32,890 bases of DNA from a virus (Duplodnaviria; Caudoviricetes). The DNA lies in IMG/VR virus record IMGVR_UViG_3300037991_005890, positions 1-32,890 of that record; one strand, written 5' to 3'. Below the pieces are notes generated by a model, which saw only the letters and a list, made by a program, of their open reading frames with translations, had not been told where the DNA came from and ran no database searches. The stretch's first letter is position 1; every line of letters begins with the position of its first letter. This document shows positions 8,411 through 18,575 of the stretch, piece after piece. The position numbers were made by a program, and so were the translations under genes.

Positions 8411-9358
8411 CTAAGTTTGATTCACTTTAAGTGTGAAAGTAGCAACTGTTACTGGATTACCATTCGGAAACTCTTGAGCCCTATAGTCATCATGCGCCAC
8501 GCCAGGATCTGTATCTAAACCCGCATGAACTCCTGATCCATCTAGTCTTGTATCTACCATACTAGTACCCATTGTTGTACCTGATCCATTAATATTATAT
8601 CTTATTCTTGTACCTGCTAGATTTGCTGCACAATTTTGTATTTCATTTTGTAAAAGAGCATCTATAGCTGATTGAGTATATTCCTGCAAGTTTTTATCAG
8701 AATTGCGTACGAATAACATTTCTTCCATTGAAGGAGCTGAAATATTATTTTTTCTGTATATATAATAAGTATTTATTGTTGTAGGCTGATCTACATCTTC
8801 AGGAATACCAGCAGCTGTATAAGCACCTGCATTTGCCTGTGTATCTCGAAATACAAAATCATTTGTACCACCTATACGCGTGTAACCTGACAAGCTAGTA
8901 CCATTATGTATTCTAAACATTCCAGGCTGATTACTTGCACTAGTTAACGTATCAATTGCTGGTAAAATAAATGTGTCACGAAAATCTGTTAATGTCATAG
9001 ACTGTATATTTGAGCCGTTATAATATATTGGAAATGCAATATTATTAGTATCTGGTGTTGCTGATACACTTGCAATAGTTTGTTCAATGCGATCATAATC
9101 TATAAATGTATCACCAATATCAGCTGTAACATTACTAGGTGGTATTGACGTAGCACTAGTTGAGGCAGCGCCTGCAGTTTTTCTATTATCTCTCATATTA
9201 GGAGATATATTACCACCACTATTTACCTTAGACAAAGTAACAGATGGATTAGCGGCGTATAAATAACGCGCTCTATTTTTCACAGCATCAATTTGTGAAT
9301 TAGTCATTTCTATCAGGTCGTTACTACCTGTTAGAATTAATGGTTGTCTTACAGCCAT
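8411..9358 (-). CDS. putative virion structural protein
   Basis: T/N/S/G/A-rich 315-aa ORF in the late structural operon. Function inferred from composition and position only. Confidence 0.55.
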   Translation of the reverse strand: MAVRQPLILTGSNDLIEMTNSQIDAVKNRARYLYAANPSVTLSKVNSGGNISPNMRDNRKTAGAASTSATSIPPSNVTADIGDTFIDYDRIEQTIASVSATPDTNNIAFPIYYNGSNIQSMTLTDFRDTFILPAIDTLTSASNQPGMFRIHNGTSLSGYTRIGGTNDFVFRDTQANAGAYTAAGIPEDVDQPTTINTYYIYRKNNISAPSMEEMLFVRNSDKNLQEYTQSAIDALLQNEIQNCAANLAGTRIRYNINGSGTTMGTSMVDTRLDGSGVHAGLDTDPGVAHDDYRAQEFPNGNPVTVATFTLKVNQT

Positions 9359-9361
9359 AAT

Positions 9362-9907
9362 TTATACCCACGGATTAGTTCTAAATGTATCAGCGCTATC
9401 TTTATCAAACCTTGCTGGTCCGTATATTTTTCTTAATTCTGTTCCATTAGAAGCAAATATTTTTAAAACAGTCATGGCATCAAACTTTCTTGCAAACATA
9501 GCTGAGTCTGCAAAATTATCAGAATCTACTGCTCCTTGTTGAATCATATCATGTGTAATAGACGAATCCAAGATATGACTAGAGTCTATTTCATCATCAG
9601 CAATCATATGGCCTAAGATAGCATCTGAATCCATAGATCCTGCAGGTAATTTTAGATCACCATCGCTATCGATAATTCTATTAATAGCATCAACTAAAGT
9701 TAAGAAAGTACTATCAGACGATTCTCTATAATGAAGATCTGCTTGACGACCCATATCACTATCGAGAGAATTAACACCTGCTACAACGCTACTATCGCCG
9801 CCAGACGTACTCATATCAGATAAATCTCCGACTGTTTCAGCTAGCGTATTAGTTTTTAAACGAAAACTGTTAATAGTATCCGTGAGATTTACCTTAATAA
9901 TAGCCAT
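9362..9907 (-). CDS. putative short fibre-like structural protein, Asp-Ser rich
   Basis: N-terminal DTINSFRLKTN, two fibre-type VVAGVNSL/LVDAINRI segments, a 5-residue periodic region and 10 DS dipeptides. Confidence 0.6.
   Translation of the reverse strand: MAIIKVNLTDTINSFRLKTNTLAETVGDLSDMSTSGGDSSVVAGVNSLDSDMGRQADLHYRESSDSTFLTLVDAINRIIDSDGDLKLPAGSMDSDAILGHMIADDEIDSSHILDSSITHDMIQQGAVDSDNFADSAMFARKFDAMTVLKIFASNGTELRKIYGPARFDKDSADTFRTNPWV
9482..9649 (-). repeat. protein-level pentapeptide periodicity (residues 87-142)
   Basis: LPAGS MDSDA ILGHM IADDE IDSSH ILDSS ITHDM IQQGA VDSDN FADSA MFARK F: a hydrophobic residue at every 5th position, 12 times. Confidence 0.8.
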
Positions 9908-9908
9908 T

Positions 9909-10127
9909 TTATAACTTCTCTTTTATGGTTAGCAGCAACTCTTTTATATCTGACATATCTTCTTTTAACATTTCAACGTCATCTATTAGTTGCTTTTTTC
10001 TTTCTTCCTCTTGTGCCATCGCAATCTTACGTGCCTTAGCTGCCCGTATTTCTGAACTATTTATATTCAATATAGCGCATGAGTTTGGATCACGTGCTAG
10101 TCCAGGTTTTCCTTCAACTGGTATCAT
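9909..10127 (-). CDS. small coiled-coil protein typical of T4-like structural regions
   Basis: ATGA overlap with the vrlC stop; VEGKPGLARDPNSCAILN N-terminus and heptad C-terminus. Confidence 0.7.
   Translation of the reverse strand: MIPVEGKPGLARDPNSCAILNINSSEIRAAKARKIAMAQEEERKKQLIDDVEMLKEDMSDIKELLLTIKEKL
10058..10065 (-). promoter_or_regulatory. possible internal late promoter TATAAATA
   Basis: Exact match in sense orientation about 150 nt upstream of ATG 9907, but inside coding sequence, so it could be chance. Confidence 0.35.
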
Positions 10128-13100
10128 GTAGCCATCGCAATAACTCGTAAGTCTTTTATTACTGGGACTTTACTTGAGTTTGTAGATTTAAATACTATCT
10201 TTACCTGGAATCTATCAAATGGATCATTGACACCACCAACTCCGCCATCTAAATATGTATATTCTCTAAATACATCTGGGTTATCGTCAGACGGAATAGT
10301 ATTTTCAGGATTTACTAATGACCACTGTGATCCAAATATTGTATCAGCCGAACCGTCTTGAACTCTAACATATACATCAAAATTTGCAACAGATGGTCTG
10401 TTAGCTGCTAATAATATTTTTAATCCGACAGCTTCTTCGGCAAGTGTGACTGGTATCGTAATGTGTTTAGATAACATAGAACCACTTTGTGGATCAGATT
10501 CATCTACATAATTAATTGGCATGTTTTTATTTGGAACTGCACCAAATGCAGGATTAGTTTGATCATCAACCATATTATTAGTCAACACAAGTGAAGTTCT
10601 TTGTGTATCAATAATAGGTGAAACTTTCGAAGATGAGTTAGTCATCTTAATTCTATATGTAGCTGATTTAATACCAGATGCAAGCTGAGCAGCTTCATTA
10701 GCATTATTCGCAACCATCTTAGGAAAGTCAAATCCTGTTAATGCATTATTAGTCATCGGTATATAATTAGCATCTTTACCATATGTAGTTTCTAAACCTG
10801 CCCATGAGTTACCAGATAAAAATTTAGCTTGGTGAGTAACTATTGTTTTAGGAGGTACAAGTTCTTCTACTATTGGATATACAGCATCCATCATATAGTT
10901 TGGAATAATTGCTGTGTTAGGACCTCCACCAAATACACTCGATGTTGCTGCTGTATTTGCTCTAAATGTAAATCCATAACCATCGGCAGATATAACATCT
11001 CTATCACCATTTATATTACCCGCACTAATACCACCAGCAGCCGTAGCTCCACTAATACTAACTTTATCACCAACTCTAAGTCCGTGTCCCAACGCTTCAA
11101 CATAAACATCTGAATCGCCATTAGTTGTTAATAGACCATCAGTATCTAAGATAAACTTAGGAAGTTCTCTATTTTCAGCAACAAAGAATGCATCAGCTGT
11201 AGTAAACTCTGCACGTTGAATTGTAAATGTCATGTCTCGTTCTTGATCTGGCGTCCATGTACGTGCGTTTTGTGATAAGAACAATGAACCAAGTGAAGGC
11301 TGTTTAGCAACCCTTGCTTCAGTTGAATTGATTTGTAATCCACCCGCACGTGCAACAAACACATTATAGCTTGTTGAATCGGCTAGTAGAACAATACAAT
11401 ATTCTGTATTACCGTTTAAATATACAGGTTCGTCAAATTCAAAAAAACTAATAGAAGTAGCATCTGTACTTACAGTAATAGCTGAAGGTGACAATACTTT
11501 TGTACCATTTGGCACTAAATCGTCAGACGATGGAACACCATTGACTGTAGGACGAATTTGACATGCAACTGGTACTTGATTATCTTTTGTGTTAAATCTT
11601 ACACCAACTTTTGTGATGAATACACCTTCTTCTTCGTCTACCATGAATGACTGCGCTAGTGGGTCGAACCTACGTCGACGTCGACGGTTTTCTGTACCAC
11701 CAATAGTAACTACACGTGTATTATTATATTCACGTTGCCTGGTCTCTAATACACCTGTACTTGTAAATGGCGCAGTTGCAATCGATGTTGAGTTCTCATC
11801 ATTAGGAACACTAATGTCAAGAAGTTTAAACTCTCTTGTTCCTGTTCTAAATCTTTCTGTAGATGTAGATGGAATAAAGAATGAACCAGATACAAATCCT
11901 TCACCATCAGTAGTTAGTGTCGAACTACCCGCAGGGTGATTTGTAGCTCTAGCGTGCTCGTTACCATAATCTGAATCAGATGTTGATACACGTTGAAATG
12001 TTTCAGAGCGTACCCAATTTGCTACTGGTTTATTATCAAAGAATGCAAATATTTGTGTAGCTGGTTTTAAACCAAACGCACGGAAGTAAACCTTGCGTGA
12101 ACGCATATATGGAATAAAGACCTGATCGATTAAATGATCACGTACTAAGACCCGATCTGAACGATCACCGATAACTCGGTCAGTTTGAGTTACTGTTGTT
12201 CGACCTCTACGACCTGTGTTAAATTGTCGTGTTGCAACTGTTTGTCCCATACGTAAGTTAACACGTTGACCTGTCCAGTTAAAGATAAAGTCATTAAACA
12301 ATAATGGTCGTTGTGTAGTAGATGGTATAACTCGAGTTTGTTGAGGATTATCTTTGTCCGCAAGATATTTACGCTCAACCCAACTATCTGAGGTTGGAGA
12401 TAATTCTAATAAACCTTCATTTACAACAACAGCAAATGGGTTAATATTTTCTGTTTCAGTTGCAAATGGTTGTTCTATATAATTTACATTATCAAATTTT
12501 TTGTATACAGTATCGCCTTTGAGTATTGTATTAGTAGACTTATCTGAATCATACTTGAGGCTAATACTATTTTGTGCTTGCCATGGACGTACAACTTTTT
12601 GGACTAAGTCAATACCAGCTTGGTATGATGGATCTTCTACAAACGACCTTGATTGGTCTGAGAAATTGTCAACTAAGAAACCAGATTTTAGTCTGTTATT
12701 ATTAGATCCGTCAAGTACTGCTAATGTTTCTGTTTCTGCTTCAAGTAGATTCAGAGCTGTCGTCTCTTCGAGATTATCGATACGGCTTTCTAACTTACCG
12801 ATATCTGCCATTGTATATCGCTTAGCAGGTATACGTTCTTTGCTTAGATCAGAATCGTGAATCGTATATGGATTCATCTCAACTCTGTATAGTTCCATTG
12901 AGTTTGCAGGAACAGGTGGGAACTGAGGATTCAGATCAGGTTCTGATTCTAGTACACTTATATTATTAAATCGATCAATAACAACTCGTGCATTCTTACC
13001 CATGTAATAAGAAACATCAAACTGAGTTGTATCAGCATCACGTGGTAATTCGTTAATGCGTGCACCTGATGTAAAATCACCTGGAAATGATGAACCTGGT

Positions 13101-15181
13101 TTTACCGATGAACGAAAGTCTAATACATTACGTAACTCAAACTTTGATCCGTTAGTTGCTGTGTAAGTAGGAATATCATTATAATCTACTTGGCCAGTAT
13201 ATGAGTTAACTGCAAAGAAGTCACCGCCAGCTTGGTGCGCAAAGTACTTATAGCGTACAAATACATTCACACCAGGAGTTGTTTGACCAGCTTTCTTAGT
13301 CATTTTACCAAGTTGATAATGTGTATCTCGTTGACCATTGTCTAATGTATAACGAGAAGCAACGCTTGCTCCATCTGAATCTGTTTCAGTTAATCGCAAG
13401 ACTTCGTATATGTCAGGAAAACTAAGTTCTAAATCACCTTGGCCGTTAGGCGTTATTGTTTCTGTTGTTTCTGTTAAAACTTTATTTCTGACGGTTGCTT
13501 GTGCTTTATTAACATAGTACGCAACATTCAATGTTGTACTATTGAATGGTGTATCTATTTGTGCTGATGTTCCGCCATTACCACCAGAAAGAATTGCCGG
13601 AGGTACAGCTTTACCACCACCATCTTCAGTAGCAATCCATAAATCTTGATCAGCAAACGTTTCGCCAGGAGCTGATAAGTTAGTTAAAGAACCTGCACCA
13701 GCACCGTCTGTTACTACGTTTTGCATACGCTGAACTGTTAATGAAATATCTGATATGGCTTGTGGTCTATCATTCGGTACAGGAAATAACATTACGTCAT
13801 TTGCAGTTTCTCTAAATGCAGCTTGTCCTGCTCCATCTAAAATTACGTTAAAATAATTTGTAGGGCTTGAACCAATTGAACGAACACTTTGTCTGTTATT
13901 ACCTGGCTGCATTTGAATGTCAAAAAGATAAATCTTATAGTTAGTACCATCTTCGACTATAGATCTGACTCGTGCACTACCAATAGTAGAACCGCCATGG
14001 TTTGTAGCAGTACGTAAGTTTACTAATTCAAATATACTAATATCTGGTAAACTCTTATTTCCGGTTGCGTTTGTACCGTCTACCTCTAAAAATGTACCAT
14101 AGTTAACTGATACAACATTATTTTCTGAGCTAATAGTTGTACGTGGTTTATCGATAGGAATAGCCAGCGGAGCATCAACTATAGATCTATAACCATCTAC
14201 ATATGCTACACCTCTACTTACTTTAAAGTCTAATTTATCAGGATCTGTGTCATTTGTTTCAAAATTTAATTCAAAACGTTTTGCAATATAGTTACCAGAT
14301 TCTTCTTGTGTTCGCAATGCAAGAATATCATTTACTTTATTATAATCTTCTATTCCTGTAACTTGTGTGGCAATTGCTCCATCTTGGATCTTTGCAACAT
14401 ATACAAAGTTTTCATCACTATCTAAATCTGCTTGATTAGCAATATTTAATGTTATGCGATATCTATCTGCACCTGGACTTGATGTATTTGGTGATACACC
14501 TTGGTTATCAAATAGATCAAATGTATCTGCTGTTGTTACGATATCTTCAGTTACTTTAAAACCGATTATAGCATTAGGTGTTCCGCTATATTTAGAAAGA
14601 ATAAAACTTTGAGCTTTTGCAAATACAAATCTATTAATTGCAAAGAAATCACCTTCTGCAATAGAGACTTTAGTACCAACACCTACGCATGGATTAGCTA
14701 CTGTATCAGTTGTTTGCACAGTTACAGTTGATGGACCACCTGTTAAAGTTTCACCTGCAGTTACACGTACGGGTGTGGTACCTGCTGTACCACCTGTTGT
14801 TGATGTATATCTAACAAATAATGTTGGAGGATCTGATCCCTCAGCATCTATTGCTTCTAATACTTCCATTTGAATTGATGTAGTACCGGAAGTTAATGAA
14901 TTACCTACAAATGTACCTGCTGGTAATGATGCATCTTGTAGTTTTACAAATTCATATGTATTATTAACATTCACAGATCCTGGATTTACCGCAGCACCCT
15001 GATTAAATAAATGTTTACCCAAACGACCAATCTCGGCCTGGGTAATTGTTTGCATTTGAGTCAGCTCACGTGCTTGAAGTGCCCGTCCTGAATTAAAGAG
15101 GATACGGTGATAGTTTGCACTATCAACCCAATCATCTTTATAAGTTGTAGCAAAAGTATTTTTGTTAAAAATTTTGGGCAT
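10124..15181 (-). CDS. vrlC: VrlC-like / DUF4815 large virion structural protein
   Basis: QARELTQMQT, PGADRY, RTQEESGNY, RYTMADIGKLESRIDNLE, GFLVDNF, FRTGTREF, DPLAQSF and C-terminal DLRVIA motifs; 1685 aa. Confidence 0.85.
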   Translation of the reverse strand: MPKIFNKNTFATTYKDDWVDSANYHRILFNSGRALQARELTQMQTITQAEIGRLGKHLFNQGAAVNPGSVNVNNTYEFVKLQDASLPAGTFVGNSLTSGTTSIQMEVLEAIDAEGSDPPTLFVRYTSTTGGTAGTTPVRVTAGETLTGGPSTVTVQTTDTVANPCVGVGTKVSIAEGDFFAINRFVFAKAQSFILSKYSGTPNAIIGFKVTEDIVTTADTFDLFDNQGVSPNTSSPGADRYRITLNIANQADLDSDENFVYVAKIQDGAIATQVTGIEDYNKVNDILALRTQEESGNYIAKRFELNFETNDTDPDKLDFKVSRGVAYVDGYRSIVDAPLAIPIDKPRTTISSENNVVSVNYGTFLEVDGTNATGNKSLPDISIFELVNLRTATNHGGSTIGSARVRSIVEDGTNYKIYLFDIQMQPGNNRQSVRSIGSSPTNYFNVILDGAGQAAFRETANDVMLFPVPNDRPQAISDISLTVQRMQNVVTDGAGAGSLTNLSAPGETFADQDLWIATEDGGGKAVPPAILSGGNGGTSAQIDTPFNSTTLNVAYYVNKAQATVRNKVLTETTETITPNGQGDLELSFPDIYEVLRLTETDSDGASVASRYTLDNGQRDTHYQLGKMTKKAGQTTPGVNVFVRYKYFAHQAGGDFFAVNSYTGQVDYNDIPTYTATNGSKFELRNVLDFRSSVKPGSSFPGDFTSGARINELPRDADTTQFDVSYYMGKNARVVIDRFNNISVLESEPDLNPQFPPVPANSMELYRVEMNPYTIHDSDLSKERIPAKRYTMADIGKLESRIDNLEETTALNLLEAETETLAVLDGSNNNRLKSGFLVDNFSDQSRSFVEDPSYQAGIDLVQKVVRPWQAQNSISLKYDSDKSTNTILKGDTVYKKFDNVNYIEQPFATETENINPFAVVVNEGLLELSPTSDSWVERKYLADKDNPQQTRVIPSTTQRPLLFNDFIFNWTGQRVNLRMGQTVATRQFNTGRRGRTTVTQTDRVIGDRSDRVLVRDHLIDQVFIPYMRSRKVYFRAFGLKPATQIFAFFDNKPVANWVRSETFQRVSTSDSDYGNEHARATNHPAGSSTLTTDGEGFVSGSFFIPSTSTERFRTGTREFKLLDISVPNDENSTSIATAPFTSTGVLETRQREYNNTRVVTIGGTENRRRRRRFDPLAQSFMVDEEEGVFITKVGVRFNTKDNQVPVACQIRPTVNGVPSSDDLVPNGTKVLSPSAITVSTDATSISFFEFDEPVYLNGNTEYCIVLLADSTSYNVFVARAGGLQINSTEARVAKQPSLGSLFLSQNARTWTPDQERDMTFTIQRAEFTTADAFFVAENRELPKFILDTDGLLTTNGDSDVYVEALGHGLRVGDKVSISGATAAGGISAGNINGDRDVISADGYGFTFRANTAATSSVFGGGPNTAIIPNYMMDAVYPIVEELVPPKTIVTHQAKFLSGNSWAGLETTYGKDANYIPMTNNALTGFDFPKMVANNANEAAQLASGIKSATYRIKMTNSSSKVSPIIDTQRTSLVLTNNMVDDQTNPAFGAVPNKNMPINYVDESDPQSGSMLSKHITIPVTLAEEAVGLKILLAANRPSVANFDVYVRVQDGSADTIFGSQWSLVNPENTIPSDDNPDVFREYTYLDGGVGGVNDPFDRFQVKIVFKSTNSSKVPVIKDLRVIAMAT

Positions 15182-15192
15182 TCTTTACACCG

Positions 15193-16539
15193 TTATAAGC
15201 TTATGATTATTTTTATATCTTCTGTAGCATCGTCAGACCTTGTTACCGCTGCTCTATTATCTATATAGAGAATCTGACCTGTAGATGGATCAACATCTCT
15301 TGCGCCAGGTACATTAGCACTATCAATCGTTGCTTCTCCAGTAGCGTTTTGTTCATTAATGACTTCACCATCTTGGAAAGCTAAGAAACCAGTTGCTTCG
15401 TTTTGGTGATAGAAAAGTGAGTTTGCATCTAATGTATCGATAACAGCTTTAGCTCCAGATGTTTGACCTATTATAGTTTGGTCTCTTGTAAATGCTGAGT
15501 TAATACTTGAGATGTTCATCATCTTAAGAGCATTACCAGTATTTCCTGTGTATATTGTACCGTTCGCTGAGTCTTTAATATTACGTACTAGCATAATCTG
15601 TCTAAAGTCATTATCTACAACCCAGTCAGAATCTTCATCACCAGCAGGTTTTACGTTAAACATAAGCGCTGTTGATTTTAGATCATCTCGTGGATCTGCA
15701 CCAAAACCATTCTTAAATGAAATGATAGGTTCTGCGGTAGCACCCAGACCTCCACCACCAGTTAGTTGTACTGATGCAAAGTCATATCCTGTACCAAATA
15801 TTTTAGCACCACCAGATTCTGTCATTTCAATTTTAGACACTGAACCACCATCGATAAATGCTGTTCCTCGAGCACCCGTACCATTACCTTCAATTACAAC
15901 ATTTGGTGGTGTTGTATATCCTGATCCAGTATTAGTAACTCTATAACCTACGATTGCACCAGGAATTGCATTTTGTTGCACTTGATGCTGGAATATTTCA
16001 TCAATTGATGAAGATGAATCTATACCTGCAACAAATCTAACTGGAATAAAATTTGAAGCTTGAAATTTATTTTCACGTAGTGCGCCAACAGAATATAAAA
16101 ATTTCCATGTATATCCATCTGCAGTCATTACGTGATCTGCTGTACCAGTAGGTTTGACTGTAGAAGTAACAGGTTGCCCCGCCGCATTTTTACCCTGCTC
16201 TAAACAGACATAAACATACTGTTCATCTGTATACACATAAAAAGGTTGTGCTGGAATTGTAGTAATATTGTCATCCCAGGCTGAATAAACTGAGCCTGAT
16301 GACCAGTTATATCTTGGAACACAAAATGACCTATCAGTAATAATTTTTACTGATTGCATTGAAAGCTGTGCATTTCGTATTTCACGAATGTTTTGTATAG
16401 GATCAATAACATTATCAGCTGAATCGTATGGTTCAGATTTACCAACCGCAACGTGATAACTCACTCCTGCACTGTCGATATCATTGATTAGTGTATCAAG
16501 GATTCTACGTTTAAAATTATCTGTAACTATTGCTGACAT
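15193..16539 (-). CDS. gp8: baseplate wedge subunit gp8-like
   Basis: VPRYNWSSG, FYV...VYVCL, STVKPTG, DGYTWKFLY, NDFRQ, and C-terminal GQILYIDNR...EDIKIII. Confidence 0.85.
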   Translation of the reverse strand: MSAIVTDNFKRRILDTLINDIDSAGVSYHVAVGKSEPYDSADNVIDPIQNIREIRNAQLSMQSVKIITDRSFCVPRYNWSSGSVYSAWDDNITTIPAQPFYVYTDEQYVYVCLEQGKNAAGQPVTSTVKPTGTADHVMTADGYTWKFLYSVGALRENKFQASNFIPVRFVAGIDSSSSIDEIFQHQVQQNAIPGAIVGYRVTNTGSGYTTPPNVVIEGNGTGARGTAFIDGGSVSKIEMTESGGAKIFGTGYDFASVQLTGGGGLGATAEPIISFKNGFGADPRDDLKSTALMFNVKPAGDEDSDWVVDNDFRQIMLVRNIKDSANGTIYTGNTGNALKMMNISSINSAFTRDQTIIGQTSGAKAVIDTLDANSLFYHQNEATGFLAFQDGEVINEQNATGEATIDSANVPGARDVDPSTGQILYIDNRAAVTRSDDATEDIKIIISL

Positions 16540-16548
16540 TTATCTATC

Positions 16549-17517
16549 CTATTGTTTTGATGCTAGGTGCCAAGTAGCACCAGTCCATATCATAAATCCG
16601 GCTTGATGTTGGTTTAATGTAGTAGTTCCACCGCCGGCAGCGTTAATTGGGTTTAATGTAACTGTTCCTGCGCCTTTGTTAACAAAATACTTTAATTCAC
16701 CAAGATTACTACCGTCTCCTATATATCCAATAACTGGTGCAGGAGAATTAAAAATTGTTAATGGCATTTCTGAATCTACAAATCCGTCTGTAGATTGTGT
16801 CGAACTACCTAATGATACACGTGTATCTAATTTTACTGAACCTCTACCTTTACCACCTAATGCTAAACTTATACTTGAATCAGCTCCATCAACGTATATA
16901 GATGGATTATATCCTGTTGCTTCTCCGCCAAGTGATATGAAATTTACTGCATTAGGAAACGCTTCATATTTTGTAACTGTCGCACCATTAGTATCTAAAA
17001 TCTGATTTACTTTTGGAAAATTAACAGTTGCTGAATCTATTGTTTTGTTTTCTAATGTTTGTGCCGCCTTAGCCATTACAAAATCATCACTATCAGTGAG
17101 TGAAGGTAAATTAACAGGAACATTAGCCGTTAATGCGCCTGGAATAATTTGATAATTATGGCTCGAGTCATCATCTTTTATTTTAGGTTCTGTAAGTGCT
17201 GATGCAGCTAATGTTTTATTTACAAGTGTTTGTGCAGATGTATCTAAAACGACTTCACCAGTAGAATCAGGTAATGTAATAGTATTATTCTGTGTAGGAT
17301 CTAATACATCTAAAATAGTTTTAAATGTATTTACGCTAGCACCATTAAAGTGAATACCATCAGAATCAATAAACATATATGGAGATACCTGATCGCTTTC
17401 ACCAAGAAATTGGTATAACTCTTGAAAGTTTTGATTTATCTTTTGACCGGCATTACGTAATGAGTCACCTGTACCGTCGTTTGCGGTAGCGCCAGTATTA
17501 ATATTTTGTCTAGCCAT
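16549..17517 (-). CDS. gp9/gp10-like baseplate-fibre connector
   Basis: N-terminus INTGATANDGTGDSLRNAGQKINQNFQELY is the gp9/gp10 attachment motif; two internal AQTLxNKT repeats. Confidence 0.75.
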   Translation of the reverse strand: MARQNINTGATANDGTGDSLRNAGQKINQNFQELYQFLGESDQVSPYMFIDSDGIHFNGASVNTFKTILDVLDPTQNNTITLPDSTGEVVLDTSAQTLVNKTLAASALTEPKIKDDDSSHNYQIIPGALTANVPVNLPSLTDSDDFVMAKAAQTLENKTIDSATVNFPKVNQILDTNGATVTKYEAFPNAVNFISLGGEATGYNPSIYVDGADSSISLALGGKGRGSVKLDTRVSLGSSTQSTDGFVDSEMPLTIFNSPAPVIGYIGDGSNLGELKYFVNKGAGTVTLNPINAAGGGTTTLNQHQAGFMIWTGATWHLASKQ

Positions 17518-17542
17518 GTTATCTCTCTTTAAAAGTTATCAC

Positions 17543-17550
17543 TATTTATA
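17543..17550 (-). promoter_or_regulatory. T4-type late promoter TATAAATA
   Basis: Exact match in the 40-nt gap upstream of ATG 17517. Confidence 0.8.
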
Positions 17551-17557
17551 ATAGTTT

Positions 17558-18574
17558 TTAGAAGAAGTCGTTACTAAAATTCATTAGTATTGTATTATCA
17601 CTTGACATTCTTGGGAATGAAGGATCAGCAACTGTACTATCATCATCAAATGTATTTGATCCAGGATTCTGAACATTTGCTAAGTTGTTAAAGTTTAGAT
17701 CAAAAGCAGCAAGTGTCATATTACCTAGTTGACCTAATTGTACAGGTTTTAATGTAAATGGTTCGATGCGTGAACCTAAATCCTGTATTACCGTATTTGT
17801 TGCACTGAAACCAAATGCCTCTCCCTTTGCAAAACCTGCATATATTGGGCCTTGAGAATCTGCCACGCCAGGAGGCATAATAGTATAACCTGGTTCAGCT
17901 ATGCTTACAATCTGAACTTCACCCGCAACATACATACCTGCCGGATGAACAAACAGTTTATATATGTCTCTCCATGTGTCTATAGGTAATGTAGACTTAA
18001 CAAGTAAAGCATACTTTTGATATAGTTTATCATCAGTTAAATATCTTTGATCTTCTGGACCAATACGTGATGCCGATACAGTGATCTCAGGAGCATAAGG
18101 TGTTATGCCGGCATTATGATTTTCTTTTTCTTTTTCAAGATCATGTACATTACCAACGATAAAAACATTTTCTTTTGTATATATTACTTCAGCAAATGAA
18201 TTATAAAACACTCTAAAGAATTGCTCAATGCTATATTTAGTTCCCTTTGTTTTATATAAGGTACTAGAATAATCTGCCGCTTCTCTTTTATTTTTAAATC
18301 CTTCAAAGAATTGTTTTCCTAAAAGCAACTCATCTTCGATAAAAGATAAAAGGTCTATATCTACTTGTGTAATATCACGGTTTAAAAATAATTCGTCTAT
18401 CAGTCTTGTAGGCGATAAATCACTATCCATATAATCATAATATGCTTCAAGAAAAGATGCAAACTTAGGATATTCAGACTGAAAAAATTCAGGTAATACG
18501 CCATCCACTTGTTTTTTGTCTTGAACCGATATCGGCCGTCGATTAATATCGCGTAATGTTTTATCTAAAGACAT
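17558..18574 (-). CDS. gp7: short gp7-like baseplate wedge protein
   Basis: LPEF...YPKF...FLEAYY, YKTKGT...FFR, YQKYA and VHPAG motifs; directly follows gp6. Confidence 0.7.
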   Translation of the reverse strand: MSLDKTLRDINRRPISVQDKKQVDGVLPEFFQSEYPKFASFLEAYYDYMDSDLSPTRLIDELFLNRDITQVDIDLLSFIEDELLLGKQFFEGFKNKREAADYSSTLYKTKGTKYSIEQFFRVFYNSFAEVIYTKENVFIVGNVHDLEKEKENHNAGITPYAPEITVSASRIGPEDQRYLTDDKLYQKYALLVKSTLPIDTWRDIYKLFVHPAGMYVAGEVQIVSIAEPGYTIMPPGVADSQGPIYAGFAKGEAFGFSATNTVIQDLGSRIEPFTLKPVQLGQLGNMTLAAFDLNFNNLANVQNPGSNTFDDDSTVADPSFPRMSSDNTILMNFSNDFF

Positions 18575-18575
18575 G

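Noticed and set aside
9258-9265. Exact TATAAATA on the + strand
   Set aside because: Antisense inside a gene and explained by Tyr-Leu-Tyr codons; chance matches are expected in AT-rich DNA.
11673-11687. ACGTCG tandem/palindromic run
   Set aside because: It encodes the poly-Arg stretch in VrlC; no evidence of a DNA-level function.
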